DNA from: Eledone cirrhosa
Lineage: Eukaryota
Direction of reading: 5' to 3'
NCBI GenBank assembly: GCA_964016885.1
Contig: OZ024741.1
Coordinates: forward strand, 126,852,001-126,916,000
Length of the DNA: 64,000 nucleotides
The notes below the pieces were generated by a model. It saw only the letters and a program-made list of their open reading frames with translations, did not search any database and was not told where the DNA came from. Shown piece by piece: positions 39,736 through 52,465 of this stretch; the stretch's first letter is position 1; each line of letters starts with the position of its first letter. The position numbers were made by a program, and so were the translations under genes.

Positions 39736-40294
39736 GAACAGGCAGTTGTATTGTCTGAGGTTCTTCCTGAACTCGTTTGCCCTAGGTTGATCAGTACTAA
39801 ATAAACTGTGAAGTTCCTGCAGATTCCCCAACCTGACTTTTCCATTCATACAGCAAAAGTTAGCAGTTTCACCGTGAAAAAGCATTGCATGACAACAGAC
39901 ACAGATCTTATTCATCTGTCCAACATCAGCAGAGAGGTCACGTCGTTGAACTGTCCTTGCTCTATCCCTAATGGTTTGTTGGCAAAGACGTTCAGTTCTC
40001 CGAGCGTCCGATTCATGATCTCTCCTTCTTCTGTCTCTTTCCTTCTGTTCCGCCTGACGCTCAGCTCTCGGACCATCCGATTCATTATCTCTCCTGCTTG
40101 TCTCTTTCCCTCTGTTCCGCCAGACGCGCAACCCTTGCTTTATCAGTCTCATCGATCCTTCTATTCGCATGCCTGTCCCGATCTTGTTGGTGTTGACCAC
40201 TATCTTGCTCACCTTCTTCGGGTCTCCTTAGCCGTGCTTTCTTTCCACTATCGATAGACCAACCAGATGTTTTCTTTCTTCCTCGTCGTGGCAT
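39736..40294 (-). pseudogene. Helitron Rep/helicase N-terminus (STPR-like charged repeats plus Zn finger), frameshifted and truncated
   Basis: VGQMNKICVCCHAMLFHGETANFCCMNGKVRL...NEFRKNLRQYNCLF is a typical RepHel N-terminal motif, preceded by R/E-rich repeats. Confidence 0.85.
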
Positions 40295-41034
40295 TATTTA
40301 ATAATAGAAAATCGTATTCACCTTAGAAAAAATTCCTATTACCTCAACAAATATTTTTTTTAAATCATCATTTAGAAATATTTCTAAATAATGAAAATAT
40401 TGTCTGTTTAAACAACTCGTATTTTTTAAATCATATTCACTTAAAAAATACTTATTAATATATTAATAATTAAAATATTCTATTTAAAGAAAGCTGAAAT
40501 ATACTCAGTGTACAAATAATTTTTATTTTTAAAGTCATTTTCACTTAAGAATATTTTTTAAATATGCCAAGAAATATTTTTTACATCGTATTCACTTGAA
40601 AATAATTTTTTTTAAATGAAGATATTGTCTATGTAAATAAAGCTATTTGTGAAATCAAATTCACTTTAAAATATTTCTAAATAATTGAAATATTCTTTTT
40701 AACAAAAGCAAAAATATAAACACCTACTGTTTAACACCAACTGGTATTTTTCAGTGACGTTCACTTAATGCTTTTCAGATAATTAAAATATCGTCTGTTT
40801 AAAGAAATCTCGAATATAGATACTTGAACATACAAACAACTTGTAGTTTTGAAATCATATTCACTGAGAAATCACTGAAAAATCATTTTTTAATAATTAT
40901 TAAAAATATTTTTCGAATGATGAAAATAGTTTATGTCTATTTACGTGAAACATGTTTTATCGCCATTTCAGGGTTATATCACTTACAGGGCTATTTTTCC
41001 ATTATGTACCGTTTTGACTATTTACGAAGGTATC

Positions 41035-41100
<66 letters not shown>

Positions 41101-41811
41101 CTCTAAGTACGTAAACACATGCACTGGCACACATACACATACAGATACACACGGTAGCAGTAAAACTGTGAAAAGAGAGAAAGAAATAACGTTATGGATA
41201 AGGGGGAGAGTTAAAATAAATAAAAGTTAAGGACGCTGTCTCTTTCCCTATCTGTCATCCCCCCTCTCTCTCTCATCTCTTTATTCTGTCTCCCATCCCC
41301 TCACTCTCTTTTTCTCTCTCACCCCTCTATGTCTCTCTTTCTCTCTCTCACCCCCTCTCTGTCTCTCTTACCTACAGAATGGACAACCAAAAAACAAATG
41401 GATTATTTCTTTCGATATTCATTATAAAATAAGATAAATTGAATTTAGTTGAATTCCTTGCTATTTTTGGAAAATTGAAAATATTGTCCATGTGCGATTT
41501 ACGCCAAGCTTGTTTTATTCAGAGTATTTTCTCATTATGCAATATTTTGGCTATTTACGAAGTTTTGCAGGGTTATGTTAATTTCGGGGTATTTTCCCAG
41601 TATGGACCGTTGTGGCTATTTACGAAGGTACCTCCAAAACCCGCGACCTCGGGAATCCGGGGTCAGATTTTCGTGAAACTTGTTTTATTCAATGTGTATT
41701 CCCATTTCAGAGGCAACTTGCTTTCAAAGTATTTACCCATTATGCGCTCTTTTGGCTGTATTACATAACAGACAAGCAAGCAAGCAAGCACGCAAGATCA
41801 GAGTTTTAGTA

Positions 41812-41815
<4 letters not shown>
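39736..41815 (-). mobile_element. Helitron 5' portion
   Basis: Minus strand starts TATACTACTAAAACTCTGATCTTGCGTGCTTGCTTGCTTG, like invertebrate Helitron 5' ends. Degenerate AT-rich repeats at 40310-40940. No 3' CTAG hairpin found. Confidence 0.65.
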
Positions 41816-41861
<46 letters not shown>

Positions 41862-42044
41862 GTTATATAGTAAGGTGCATTATTGGTTGTGTAAAATGGT
41901 CCAATAACTTTATGTTAGCAATATTAAGTTCTCCACGCTTTTGTATATCTCCAATTCCATTCAATGGAACAGCTAGATGATGTAAAACGGAGTATAAGTA
42001 TCAAAATGAAAATCCGAAGGCAAGGTAAAATTCCAATCATTTAA

Positions 42045-42118
42045 TCACGACACATGTTTCAATAAGAGATAGATCGATTGTGAAGCCATGATCGATTATC
42101 ACTGATCTCATCAGGTGA
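42045..42118 (-). ncRNA. Type I hammerhead, partly decayed
   Basis: tcac CTGATGA gat...att GAAA catgtg TC gtga. Confidence 0.7.
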
Positions 42119-42595
42119 AAATGAATTGTCTTCACGTTCTTGATATGAGGGAGAAAAATAACGATGTTCTCTCACAGAATTCATTCCCTCATATGAAGAC
42201 ACACCAGTCAGAGACACGGCGACTGCTATTAACTTCACTCTCTCTCTCTCAATATTATCTTTTCTCTTTTTTCTTCTATCTCTCTCTTTCTCTTTCTGTT
42301 CTCTTCTCTCTCCCATCTCACTATTCTATCTCCCTCACTTTCAATATATTTTTCTCTCTCAACTTTTTCTCTCTTTATCTCTCTCCCTCTCAATTTTTTA
42401 TCTCTCTCCCTTTTTACATCTATTTTGTCTCTCTCCCTTTTACATCTATTTTCTTCCAACAGTTTAATTTAAATAAACCGTTGTTTTTTCAATTTTTCCG
42501 ACACTCATTTGCATACTCACTCACGCTTTGTATCACCCTCAATTATCTCCACTATCCAGCGAATTTCAACCGTATTTATTTATAAAACAAATCTG

Positions 42596-42660
42596 TATTT
42601 TATCTGATGAAAGCGCACCATAATCTACCTTGGTTGCATTGAAATATATATAATAAAATA
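42596..42660 (+). ncRNA. Type I hammerhead
   Basis: tattttat CTGATGA aagcgcacca...tggttgcatt GAAA tatata TA ataaaata, with an 8-bp stem I. Confidence 0.8.
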
Positions 42661-42791
42661 ATTATGGTTTTATAAATATAGTTTCCATTTATTAATATAT
42701 TGTATATTTATTCCACTAACTTGTTGAGTGCTTTATATCAGTTATAAAAATGTTTAAGCTTGTTGAATCCCAACAAATTAAATATAACCTC

Positions 42792-42856
<65 letters not shown>

Positions 42857-43122
42857 AAAAGAAAACAAGGACGATTGGTTACTCCTTCATTACATTTATT
42901 GGTAGGTGACGCGCGTTTCGCCACTGATCAGCTCAAGGTTCGATCTGTATCAATCTTACCCCACTCTATAATCGGCAGCTCGACGGACCCTTTAAAATGC
43001 TAGTAGAAAATGAAGTGAACCTAAACATCGAGTGCTCACCCGAGTGAACCTGCAGTAACTCTAAGTTACACTCCCTAGGTATATATATATATATATACAC
43101 ACATACGCACACGCACACACAC

Positions 43123-43215
<93 letters not shown>

Positions 43216-43244
43216 ATACATTTTTTGTGGATCGAGAAACTCCT

Positions 43245-44830
43245 AGTCTGATATGAAACCTGCGACTTCGTTTGTATCCAATGATGTAGACCAGTTTTTC
43301 TTTTTGGGTAAATGCATTCGATGTTCAGGGAGTGGGATTAGCTTGATATTTGACATTTTTTGCGATGCATGGTATTGCTGGCCATAGAGGATTAAATAGA
43401 GGATTAAAAAGCCACGTCCGTGATGTTCATGCTCAAGTATCAAGATTTGAAGGCCTTTCTTTGCTCGTATGCCATCTTTGACTTCTTTCGCCCGCAGCCC
43501 TTAAAAGCTGAAGTAGAAACTGCTGCGCTGAACAATCTCGACTCTATCTCAACGACTTCAGCTTCCTCGGGGAGTTCTCTTAATTTGGATGCAATAGTAT
43601 CTGCATACCTGGTCCTGACGACCTTATTCACCAATGCTTCCCACTTGATCTTGTAGGTCACCCTGGGCCTGCCAGTTTTGTGGGTTTTTTTGGCTGTAGG
43701 TAGTCACAAGTTGCAGAAAACGAAATGGTGATCAGTTGTCAGCTCAGCCCCTCTTTTAATATGAACATCTAGCAGAGAATCGAATAGATCAGAAACAGTA
43801 AGAAAATTAATTGTTGATCTCTATCCCTGATTCTCCTTATACCATGTGTATTTATGGATATCTCTGTGCTTTCGTATTTAGATCGGGATCGCCTTTCTTC
43901 CCCTCACTCCTTTCCATTTCAGGTGCCAACATGTGAATTGAAGTCGCCCATCGGGATATATGACTCAATCATAACTACATCTAACGCTGAAGTGACTTCA
44001 TCAAGGACGGATTTGTATTCGGACTCCATGTTTGGTGCATACATTTTCATCCCCACAGAGACCTATCTTTCAACCTAAGCTTTAAGAGGCTAATCCTCTC
44101 TCCTAATGGAATCCAGTCCATAACACATTCTGACAGCCGGGGGCTTGTGAGTATCCCCACTCTCACCTGTACAGCCATCTCTGGCGCCACACCTGAATAG
44201 TAGAGTTTCCATCCTCCATCTAAATCTACAGTAACGCAACTTTGTTAAGAAAAGCCCAACTATATCTAACAGGTAGCATCTATTCTCTTCCACTAGTTCC
44301 TGCTCCAATTGTCAAGGTTTGCTCCTTTCCAAACACCCTTTCTAGTCTCGGAATTAGCAATCTTTGTGCGCCCATCTAAGCCTCCTAGGACAAGTCGCAG
44401 TTCCATCGCCAGTTTTTGTGGCAGGAAATGGGAACTGCAACATTATTTTCGAATAGGTCCCTTAACATAAGGCCTGAACGCGTTCCTTGTTAACTCACCC
44501 ACGGGACGATGTGATATGATTCGTTTATTACCTCTCACCACATTGCAGTTTTGGTGGTCTTATTCACGCCAATCACCAATCTGGTACTTTCTCAAACCCA
44601 TGAAAACTGGGCTTTTTTAGAGGCGGCCTTTACTCTTCTCGTCATAGCTACATCACTGGGTTGTGAGAGATTTCTTGGGAGCTATAGGTTTCACCCAGTA
44701 CTCCATCTCCTCTAGTAGTTTACCGCTATTTATCCGGGGTTGCTTATTCGTCCAACAGCTGCCCGCTTATATCGCAAATAACCATCATATCTGTATCACT
44801 ATCCGTCACCTGCGACCCGTTCTCTAGCAG
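43245..44830 (-). mobile_element. Degraded RTE-like LINE 5' part (AP endonuclease)
   Basis: YLLDIVGL, MGDFNSHVG, YTWY, DVHIKRGAELTTDHHFV, IKWEAL. Many disruptions. Confidence 0.75.
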
Positions 44831-44874
44831 AACAGCTCTGCTGAGATATGTATGCATACGCATTATTTGTTTAA

Positions 44875-45022
44875 TCAGAGTTCAAATCCCAGCGAGTCTA
44901 GCTTTGCCTTTCATCATTACGGGGTGGATAAAATAAAGCATCAATAATGCACTGGGGTCGTTATAACCGACTTTCCCCGTCACCCAAAATTGTTGGCCTT
45001 GTGCCTAAAGTAGAAATTATTA
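44875..45022 (+). mobile_element. SINE family A copy
   Basis: GAGTTCAAATCCC...CTTTGCCTTTCATCATTACGGGGTGGATAAAATAAAG. Confidence 0.75.
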
Positions 45023-45481
45023 TTTGTTTAATCAATTTGAACGCCCGTATAGAGCTAGTAAGTGTTGGTTGTTCAATGTCCTTTTTAAGAAATTAAACAA
45101 GAGAGAGACAGAAATAGAAAAAAGAAAAGAGTACAACGAGAAGCCGAAGGAAGCGTAAAGAAGAAAAAGGTGAAAAACAATGACAACTCTAAATTATCTA
45201 ACATGTTTTGTTCATGAATCGTCTCGTAACCGCACACATACACACATACATACACACAAGCATACACACTCTACATCAACCGCCCACCTGAAGAATTGTA
45301 TTTAAAAACATCTCGGAAATAATCTCATTCTACAGTTAAGAATCACAGAGCCGAACTCACGTTGGTTTTAATAGTATTTAAGATCCGATTGATGATATGA
45401 CACACCACATGGTGTTGAAAATCATATATTTATATCCTTTAGATATGAAATGCAAGCTTGCGTTAAGCGAATAATGTATAC

Positions 45482-45552
<71 letters not shown>

Positions 45553-45780
45553 AAATATAGAAATGGCTTCTACAGGATTAGAGCTGTTTCATTCGAGACA
45601 AATCATCAGGAAAGCCCAGGGCTTCCCTGATGATTTCTTTCGGCTTCTATATTAAATATTTATACTCTGCTATGTATTGAGTACCTTACTTACTGTGGTT
45701 ACCCCCGAATGAACCCGGGATAAACATATACATATATATGTATATATATATATATATTTTTTCCGTGCTATTTTCAATTT

Positions 45781-45919
<139 letters not shown>

Positions 45920-46289
45920 GAGAAGGTGAAATTGAAAATAGCACGGAAAATATATTTAACCCTTTAGCATTCACATTACTGTATATATACTATTATATTT
46001 TCATGGTAAAGGCTTTACCTCGCATAATTATCTCACATAATATCGAATCTATGAGACTTTGAAAGTATTTATTTTGAGAACAATACCTTAACATCAGTTT
46101 GAGTGACCAGTTACAGCCAGTTTCAATAGAAAGAGGTAGAGAATTCTGGCCGGTTTGAACATTAAAGGGTTAAGGGTCTGTTTTTCTTTTTTTTCTTCCT
46201 TTCTTTGATTCGTTAAAGTGACATTATTCAAAAAATGAGAAGGACAATTCTTTTTAAAAAAAGTTTTATAATGTATATAAAGTTATACA

Positions 46290-46335
46290 GTATAACCGGT
46301 TTCGATGTATTAGTAAAATCCATTTTATCAAATGT
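46290..46335 (-). ncRNA. Decayed U3-A8 hammerhead
   Basis: acat TTGATAA aatg...catc GAAA ccgg TT at. Context is homologous to 4033-4100. Confidence 0.55.
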
Positions 46336-47449
46336 TGAGTATTACAATTAAAAACAATTAATAAGAATTAAAAGTTAAAGATTTAAATTAAGTGTTGAGG
46401 TAAGATTTTTTCATCTTCCTTGTTGAGAAGGAGACTGGAAAATGAACTCTTGTGTATATATAGAGAGGTGTCAGTCATGATAGTAGCAGCAGCAGTGTTG
46501 GTAGGTGTGTTTTTTTCACATAGAACAAAATTGTTTTTAGGGACAAGGAAAATATTCTTTAAATATGTGTGTGTATCTCAATTGTGTTAATGGACTGGTC
46601 AAGAGTTCAGGTGGGCCACGGGAGGAATTGTAAGATAGAGACAAATTCTATGGGATTAGCAACAGTAGGGTTGAAATTCTATTTTTGGAATATGGTTTTA
46701 GAGAGTGTGTGTGCGTGTGAGAGCGTATATATAAAAAAAATATACACGTGTGTGTGTGTGTGCGTGTGTGTGGAGGGATGTTGTGTGTGTGTTTGCGCGT
46801 GTGTGTGGAGGGATATTGTGTGTGTGTGTGTGCGTTATCCTGACTGTCACAGGTCTCTTTGTGGTGCGAAATTAAAAAAGACAGAGCAAAGTATCAGTGG
46901 TGGCTTTCAATCAGCAATTTTTGGAAAATATGTGTATGAGCATTTTTTTCTCTTATTTCGTGGTGTGTGTGAGAGAGAGAGTGAGTGTCTGTGTGTGTGT
47001 GTGGGGGGGGGGGGGGGTAGAGAATCTAATGGGAGTGATTATATATTTAATTTTGGTTTAAATTTGTTAATAAATAGTTTTTCTTTGTTTATTCTTTGTT
47101 GTTGAGTGAAAGAATCGGGGCACTTGTAAAGCGGGGAGATTTTAAAGTTGGGTAGAGTCTGCAATGTGGCTACTTAAGGGGATCTTTCTTGTGTTTAAGT
47201 CTCGGATTTATTGGCGATGGATGGTCATTCTTTTGCGTAATGACACACCCACCTGTAGTTATGTCGACAGCCACCGCATGTGATTACGTAGATCAGGTTC
47301 TCTGAGTTACAAGTGAAGTTGTTTTTCACTGTGAAAGTTTGGCCATCTCTAACGTGAATATTTGTCCTTCAATTAAGTACAGGCATGTGACACAGGTTAT
47401 TCTTTCGCATTTTGTTACCGTAAGGCTGGAGATTGGTTTGTCGATCTTT

Positions 47450-48085
47450 GTTCCCGTGAGAATGTGTTTTGGTGATTTGGGTTGCCTTTTACTTTTGTTG
47501 ATCTTGTGTTTCTAGGATTTTTTTCATTTTTTCATCCTACTAAAGTCTTCTACTGTAGCTGGTTGTATTTGGTTTGTGTTGAGTGGGGTTTTGTCTGTGG
47601 TTTGTGTGTGTTGGGGTTGGTAGTATGAATGTTTCTGTGGGGTTCTTGTTTTGTTTAATTTCTTTATAAAGTGGTTATTTGCGTGATGTGTTGTTTTGAA
47701 ATCCACTTCATATTTAAGGAACCAATTTTCAGATTTTTAATGAAATCGTTTAGTGAAATTAGTTCTGCATTCTCGCAGTCGTTTCCAGGATTTAATCTAA
47801 TCTTGTAGGGCTGGTCTTCAATGCGTTTAGCACATTCTATTTCCATTTGTTGGTAAACATCCTGGTATTTTTGTTCATTGCAGATGGCTCTTAATTTTAA
47901 GAGTTCTATTTCCATATTCATTTTGTTGAGTGACATTTGTTCTCGTAGTTTCCTTTGTTGTTGAGGTTCATTAGTTATGGGTTTTATTTGGATTTTACGG
48001 GGTAAAATTAGTGGTGTAGAGTTCTATCTTTCATAAATACCAGCTTTGTTCATATTTTTCACCATATTCCAAAAAGTGAAATTTC

Positions 48086-48088
<3 letters not shown>
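47450..48088 (-). pseudogene. Decayed ORF of unknown family (helical/coiled-coil-like) upstream of a U3-A8 hammerhead
   Basis: RNFTFWNMVKNMNKAGIYER*NSTPLILPRKIQIKPITNEPQQQRKLREQMSLNKMNMEIELLKLRAICNEQKYQDVYQQMEIEC..., then frameshifted ENWFLKYEVDFK. Protein-like composition in non-repetitive DNA. Confidence 0.55.
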
Positions 48089-48149
<61 letters not shown>

Positions 48150-48155
48150 ATATAC

Positions 48156-49195
48156 AGTAGTATGGACGTAAACAAGAGAAGAAACCCTTCATCAGCTGTT
48201 AACTGTGATCATAGATGTTTCGGCGCTTAAAACAAGACATCGAAATCGATCAGCAGCGTGCCCAAGGCCATTTATCAATCAAAAGGCCATGAGGGTAAGA
48301 TAAGAAAAAAATAGTAAAGCGAGAGGAAGAAAGAGGAAAAACGAAGTAAACAAACCGAATGGAGGGGGCACCTAGGACAATGGCACGTGCAAGTGAATAA
48401 CTGAGGAGAAAATAGAATAAGTTACAACGAACCGATTAGACTTAAGTCTAACTGCGGAGCGGTGTTTTTCCGTGCGATCTCAGCAAAGTGACTGTAGAGA
48501 GGAAGCGAAAGACGGAGAAACCGGAAGTGAGAGGGGGAGGGGAAAGGGAGATAATCCAAAAGGGTTTTACGTCATGTGTAAAACACGGGGGAAAACGAGC
48601 AGATAGATAGAGAGAGAGACAGAGAGAGTGAGAAAGGGGAGAGAGAGAAGGAGAGAGTCGATATGAAAGCATGGTGGGACTACAAATCGAGCAAAACAGG
48701 TAAATACAAGAAACGTAGCGAGTTGGGTGGTTATTGTAAACAAAGTGTAAGATAGTAATATGGACGTAAACAAGAGAAGAAACCCTTCATAAGCTGTTAA
48801 CTGTGATCTCCGCAGTTATTTGACCAACAAGACTTAGTCTAATCGGTTCGTTGTAACTTATTCTATTTTCTCCTCGATTACTCACTTGCATGTGCCGTTG
48901 TCCTCTGCCCCCCCCCCCCCCCCCCCCACCTTCCATTCGGCTTGTTTACTTCATTTTTCCTCTTTCCTTTTTCCTCTTTCTTCCTCTCTCTTCACTATTT
49001 TTTCTTTTCTTTCCTTCGTGGTCTTTTGATCGATAAAAGACTTTGGGTGCGCTGCTGATCGATTTCGATGTCCTGTTTTAAGCGCCGAAACATCTATGAT
49101 CACAGTTAACAGCTGATGAAGGGTTTCTTCTCTTGTTTACGTCCATATTACTATCTTACACTTTGTTTACAGTAACCACACAGCCGGCTACGTTT

Positions 49196-49197
<2 letters not shown>
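48156..49197. mobile_element. Non-coding element: about 598-nt unit with a 54-bp terminal duplication, plus an inverted partial copy
   Basis: 48156-48209 is repeated at 48754-48808. 48830-49197 is the reverse complement of 48447-48156 and 48760-48708. Flanked by microsatellites. Confidence 0.8.
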
Positions 49198-49249
<52 letters not shown>

Positions 49250-49948
49250 TTTAAAAGAATAGAGGTGTAACACACGTGTTATGATATATTGGTAAAAGGA
49301 AAAGAAAATGCTGACAAATTGTTTCAGTGAAAAATAGTTTAATTAGGAATAAGTAAAAATTAGTAGTAAGTATTGGTTAGTATTCAGTTTTGGTTTTAAG
49401 TTTTTACCGGTTGCACATTTCTAATGCTTTTCAAAAATAATTTTGAGATAGAGTGCCCGTGATGTTTGCTCTAATCTGATTAGTTTTGGAAATTCTACCT
49501 GTTTTATGTGAAAAAAGTGGCTCCAGATGTATTAAAATAAGTTTCGCGCCAATTCGTGTTGCAAAAATTCTTGTGGTCAAAACAATTTTGATTGGTCGGT
49601 AGAGGACATGTGAATGTTAAAAATTGATTTTGCGCCAAATGTAGGTTTGTCTCGGTTGATTGAGAAGTCACTGAAAAATAAGTCTTTCAAGACAAATATG
49701 TGTGTGTGTAGTAGTAGTAAAGAGGTTCATTGTTGTGATAATGGTCAGTAGGGATGTGTGTGTGAATTGCAGTCATATTGACAGGTCAACAGTTCAGGTG
49801 CCTATTAAGACAAGTGTGTAGTGTGTGTGTGTGTGTGTAGCAGAGTAATTCGTAGTAGAGGGATCGGTCAGTAGAAATGTGTCTGTATGTGTGTGGGCGA
49901 TATTTTAACATGTTAAAAGATATTTCTCAGCTCTTGTCTTATACGGAG

Positions 49949-50002
<54 letters not shown>

Positions 50003-50349
50003 CTCTCTTTGTGTGTTAGTGTACGCGTGTGTATGTGTGTGTATATATGTGTGTGTGTATATGTGTGTGTGTGGGGGGACCAGTATTTTTGTGATACTGG
50101 TAAAAATGGTGTACATTATTCGATATTTTCAGTAAAAACGATTCTCTCAATAGAACATCAAAAATCTTAATAATAAAAATAATAAAAATAATAAAAATAA
50201 TAAAAATAATAAAAATAATAAAAATAATAAAACTTAAAACCAAAACTGAATACTAACCAATACTTACTACTAATTTTTACTTATTCCTAATTAAACTATT
50301 TTTCACTGGGAACAATTTGTCAGCATTTTCTTTTCCTTTTACCAATATA
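49250..50349 (-). mobile_element. U3-A8 hammerhead family element with an inverted terminal segment
   Basis: 49284-49404 is inverted at 50229-50349. Related to 16670-17100 (AAAAAGTGGCTC, TTTCGCGCCA blocks). Confidence 0.7.
49401..49437 (-). ncRNA. Degenerate U3-A8 hammerhead
   Basis: ttt TTGAAAA gcatt aga aatgt GCAA ccgg TA aaaa, with A13 mutated. Confidence 0.55.
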
Positions 50350-50769
50350 TATATCCTAAACGGACGTTAGTCCCTTTAGTAATATTGTTGTGGTCGTGTT
50401 TTCGTTGGCAATCGTCTGTTTACGACAGTACAGCGCGGCTCTACTTTATTTAACTGAGATAAAACTTATATGAGCATGAACAGTAGATCATTACGCATCT
50501 TTTGGCTTAAAAATCTACAATTTGGTCCATCGGGAAAAAGTTTATAATCAAAGTTTGCTGATAAATCTTGTGTTCAAGTGAGTGAGTAGTAAGCGTGACG
50601 CTAGGGGAGGTAATCCAGAAATGACGTAGCTTTGTCATTAAGCCAGTTGCCTCAACTAGATTGCAATTATACTCAAAAGAACTTTAAAATGTCAATCACT
50701 TGTCAGTAATTCACTATGATCATTTAATTATTAGATAGTTGTTGCTTGCATTGCCTTAAAAAATAGTAG

Positions 50770-51816
50770 ACCAGATAGAAAAATGCGTACAGCAAAAAAA
50801 AGTAATATTGTTGGAATATAAACCTTTAAAAATACAGGACAAGAAACTAAAATAAAACTTTAAAAGAAGAGGACAAGAAACTAAGATAAAACTTTAAAGA
50901 ATTGGACAAGAAATAAAAAATGTTACAATAATATTAGTGGCAAAATTTTTTTATTCGTTTCCTGTGCTATGCCCCAGTATCTTCTTGATTAGTGCATAAT
51001 AATTGTCATTATCTCATTGTGCGTTGCCCCTGAGCGGTTGGTTCTGGTTGGGGTTGGTTGGCTGAGCAGTTCTGCTCCGTCAGAATGACCATTGCAAGAA
51101 GAATTGGCCGATGCAGCTGCAGGTCTCCTCCAAGAATGCACTTCTGGTCCCGCAACACCAGACAAAGATGGAGAAGACGACCGGGACAAGATGTCGACTC
51201 TGACCACCGACTACGGAACCTCCCTCAACCACCAGTCCTCCCTCCCTCTGTCCCGTCATCCCTCCAGTCCTCCTGCTTCCCCTTCCTGTACCAGAAAGCT
51301 GTGGCACGCATTCATCTGGACTGCCGGACTTGAACTCAAGGAGAAGATGGACGGGTTGGTCAAGATCAAGGATGAGCGGGTCGACAAGACCGTCCGCTGC
51401 TGCTCAAGATCTGTGTTCATGGGCGCATGGGTCCATTCACATTATGCATGACACATGAGGCGTGTCGCCGAATGATGAAATAGGGGTATGGTTATGGCCC
51501 AATTGGTATTCAAACCAGGATCAAATGATCCCCCCGGTCTGACGACAACCTCTGAATGTGGAACCCAGAGCCTATGAATGTGGAACTCGATTTTTTACAA
51601 ATAAAAATTTTGCCACTAATATTATTGTAAAATTTTTTATTTCTTGTCCAATTCTTTAAAGTTTTATCTTAGTTTCTTGTCCTATTCTTTTAAAGTTTTA
51701 TCTTAGTTTCTTGTCCTATTCTTTTAAAGTTTTATTTTAGTTTCTTGTCCTGTATTTTTAAAGGTTTATATTCCAACAATATTATTTTTTTTGCTGTACG
51801 CATTTTTCTATCTGGT
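50770..51816. mobile_element. Fold-back element with 180-215-bp inverted arms (33-34-bp subrepeats) around a GC-rich core
   Basis: 50770-50952 pairs with 51603-51816. The GGACAAGAAA subrepeat occurs 3 times on the left and 4 times on the right. Confidence 0.8.
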
Positions 51817-52262
51817 ATATATATATATATACTGTGAGAATTGTCAAGTTCTGAGAAAATATGTGTGACAGTTCGAATGGACCTTCGTCGATTTCGATGA
51901 CATGTGTTTTAATAGTTCAATCAACTGAACACCCTACTCGTGAAATTAACATGCAAGTGGCTAAGCATTCCACAGGAACGTACATCTTTAATATAACTCA
52001 CAGAAAGGTTCATCGTAACAGTGTTTGACAAGGCTAGACTTTTGAAATACAATCGATCTGACGAACATTGAAGCAATATTACTCACAAGGCATAGGTCAA
52101 CCTAAGGCTTTGGTAAATTATATTTTCCAAAGAGACCATGCATAGAGATAGGACCCGGAACTTAATGATTGCGAATCGAACCTCTTAACCATTCGACCAT
52201 GCTGCATAACCTGTGAGGGTTGATCTGAACGTTGTATCGTGTTTTTTATCCCTATTTATTGT

Positions 52263-52465
52263 AGGCGGTGAATTGGCAGTCATTAAAGCGTCGGACTAAA
52301 TGTTTTGCAGCGTCTATTCTGGCTCCCTGTGCTCTGATTTCAAATCCTTCCGAGATCAACTTTGCCTTTAATTCTTTCTGGGTCGATAAATAAAGTACCA
52401 GAGAAAGAGAGCGGCGGATTGGCAAAATTGGTAAATTACTGGCTTTGCGCCTAAAGTAGAAACCA
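52263..52465 (+). mobile_element. SINE family A copy (more decayed copies at 52922-53060 and nearby)
   Basis: GGCGGTGAATTGGCAG...TTCAAATCC...ACTTTGCCTTTAATTCTTTCTGGGTCGATAAATAAAGTACCAG. Confidence 0.75.

Noticed and set aside
42905-42990. Hammerhead-like GAAA CGCGCG TC on the minus strand
   Set aside because: Both candidate cores (CTGATCA, CCGTCGA) are defective. Probably a decayed copy, not counted.
50830-50915. Regularly spaced repeats resembling a CRISPR array
   Set aside because: They are tandem subrepeats without unique spacers, in a eukaryotic context with no cas genes.
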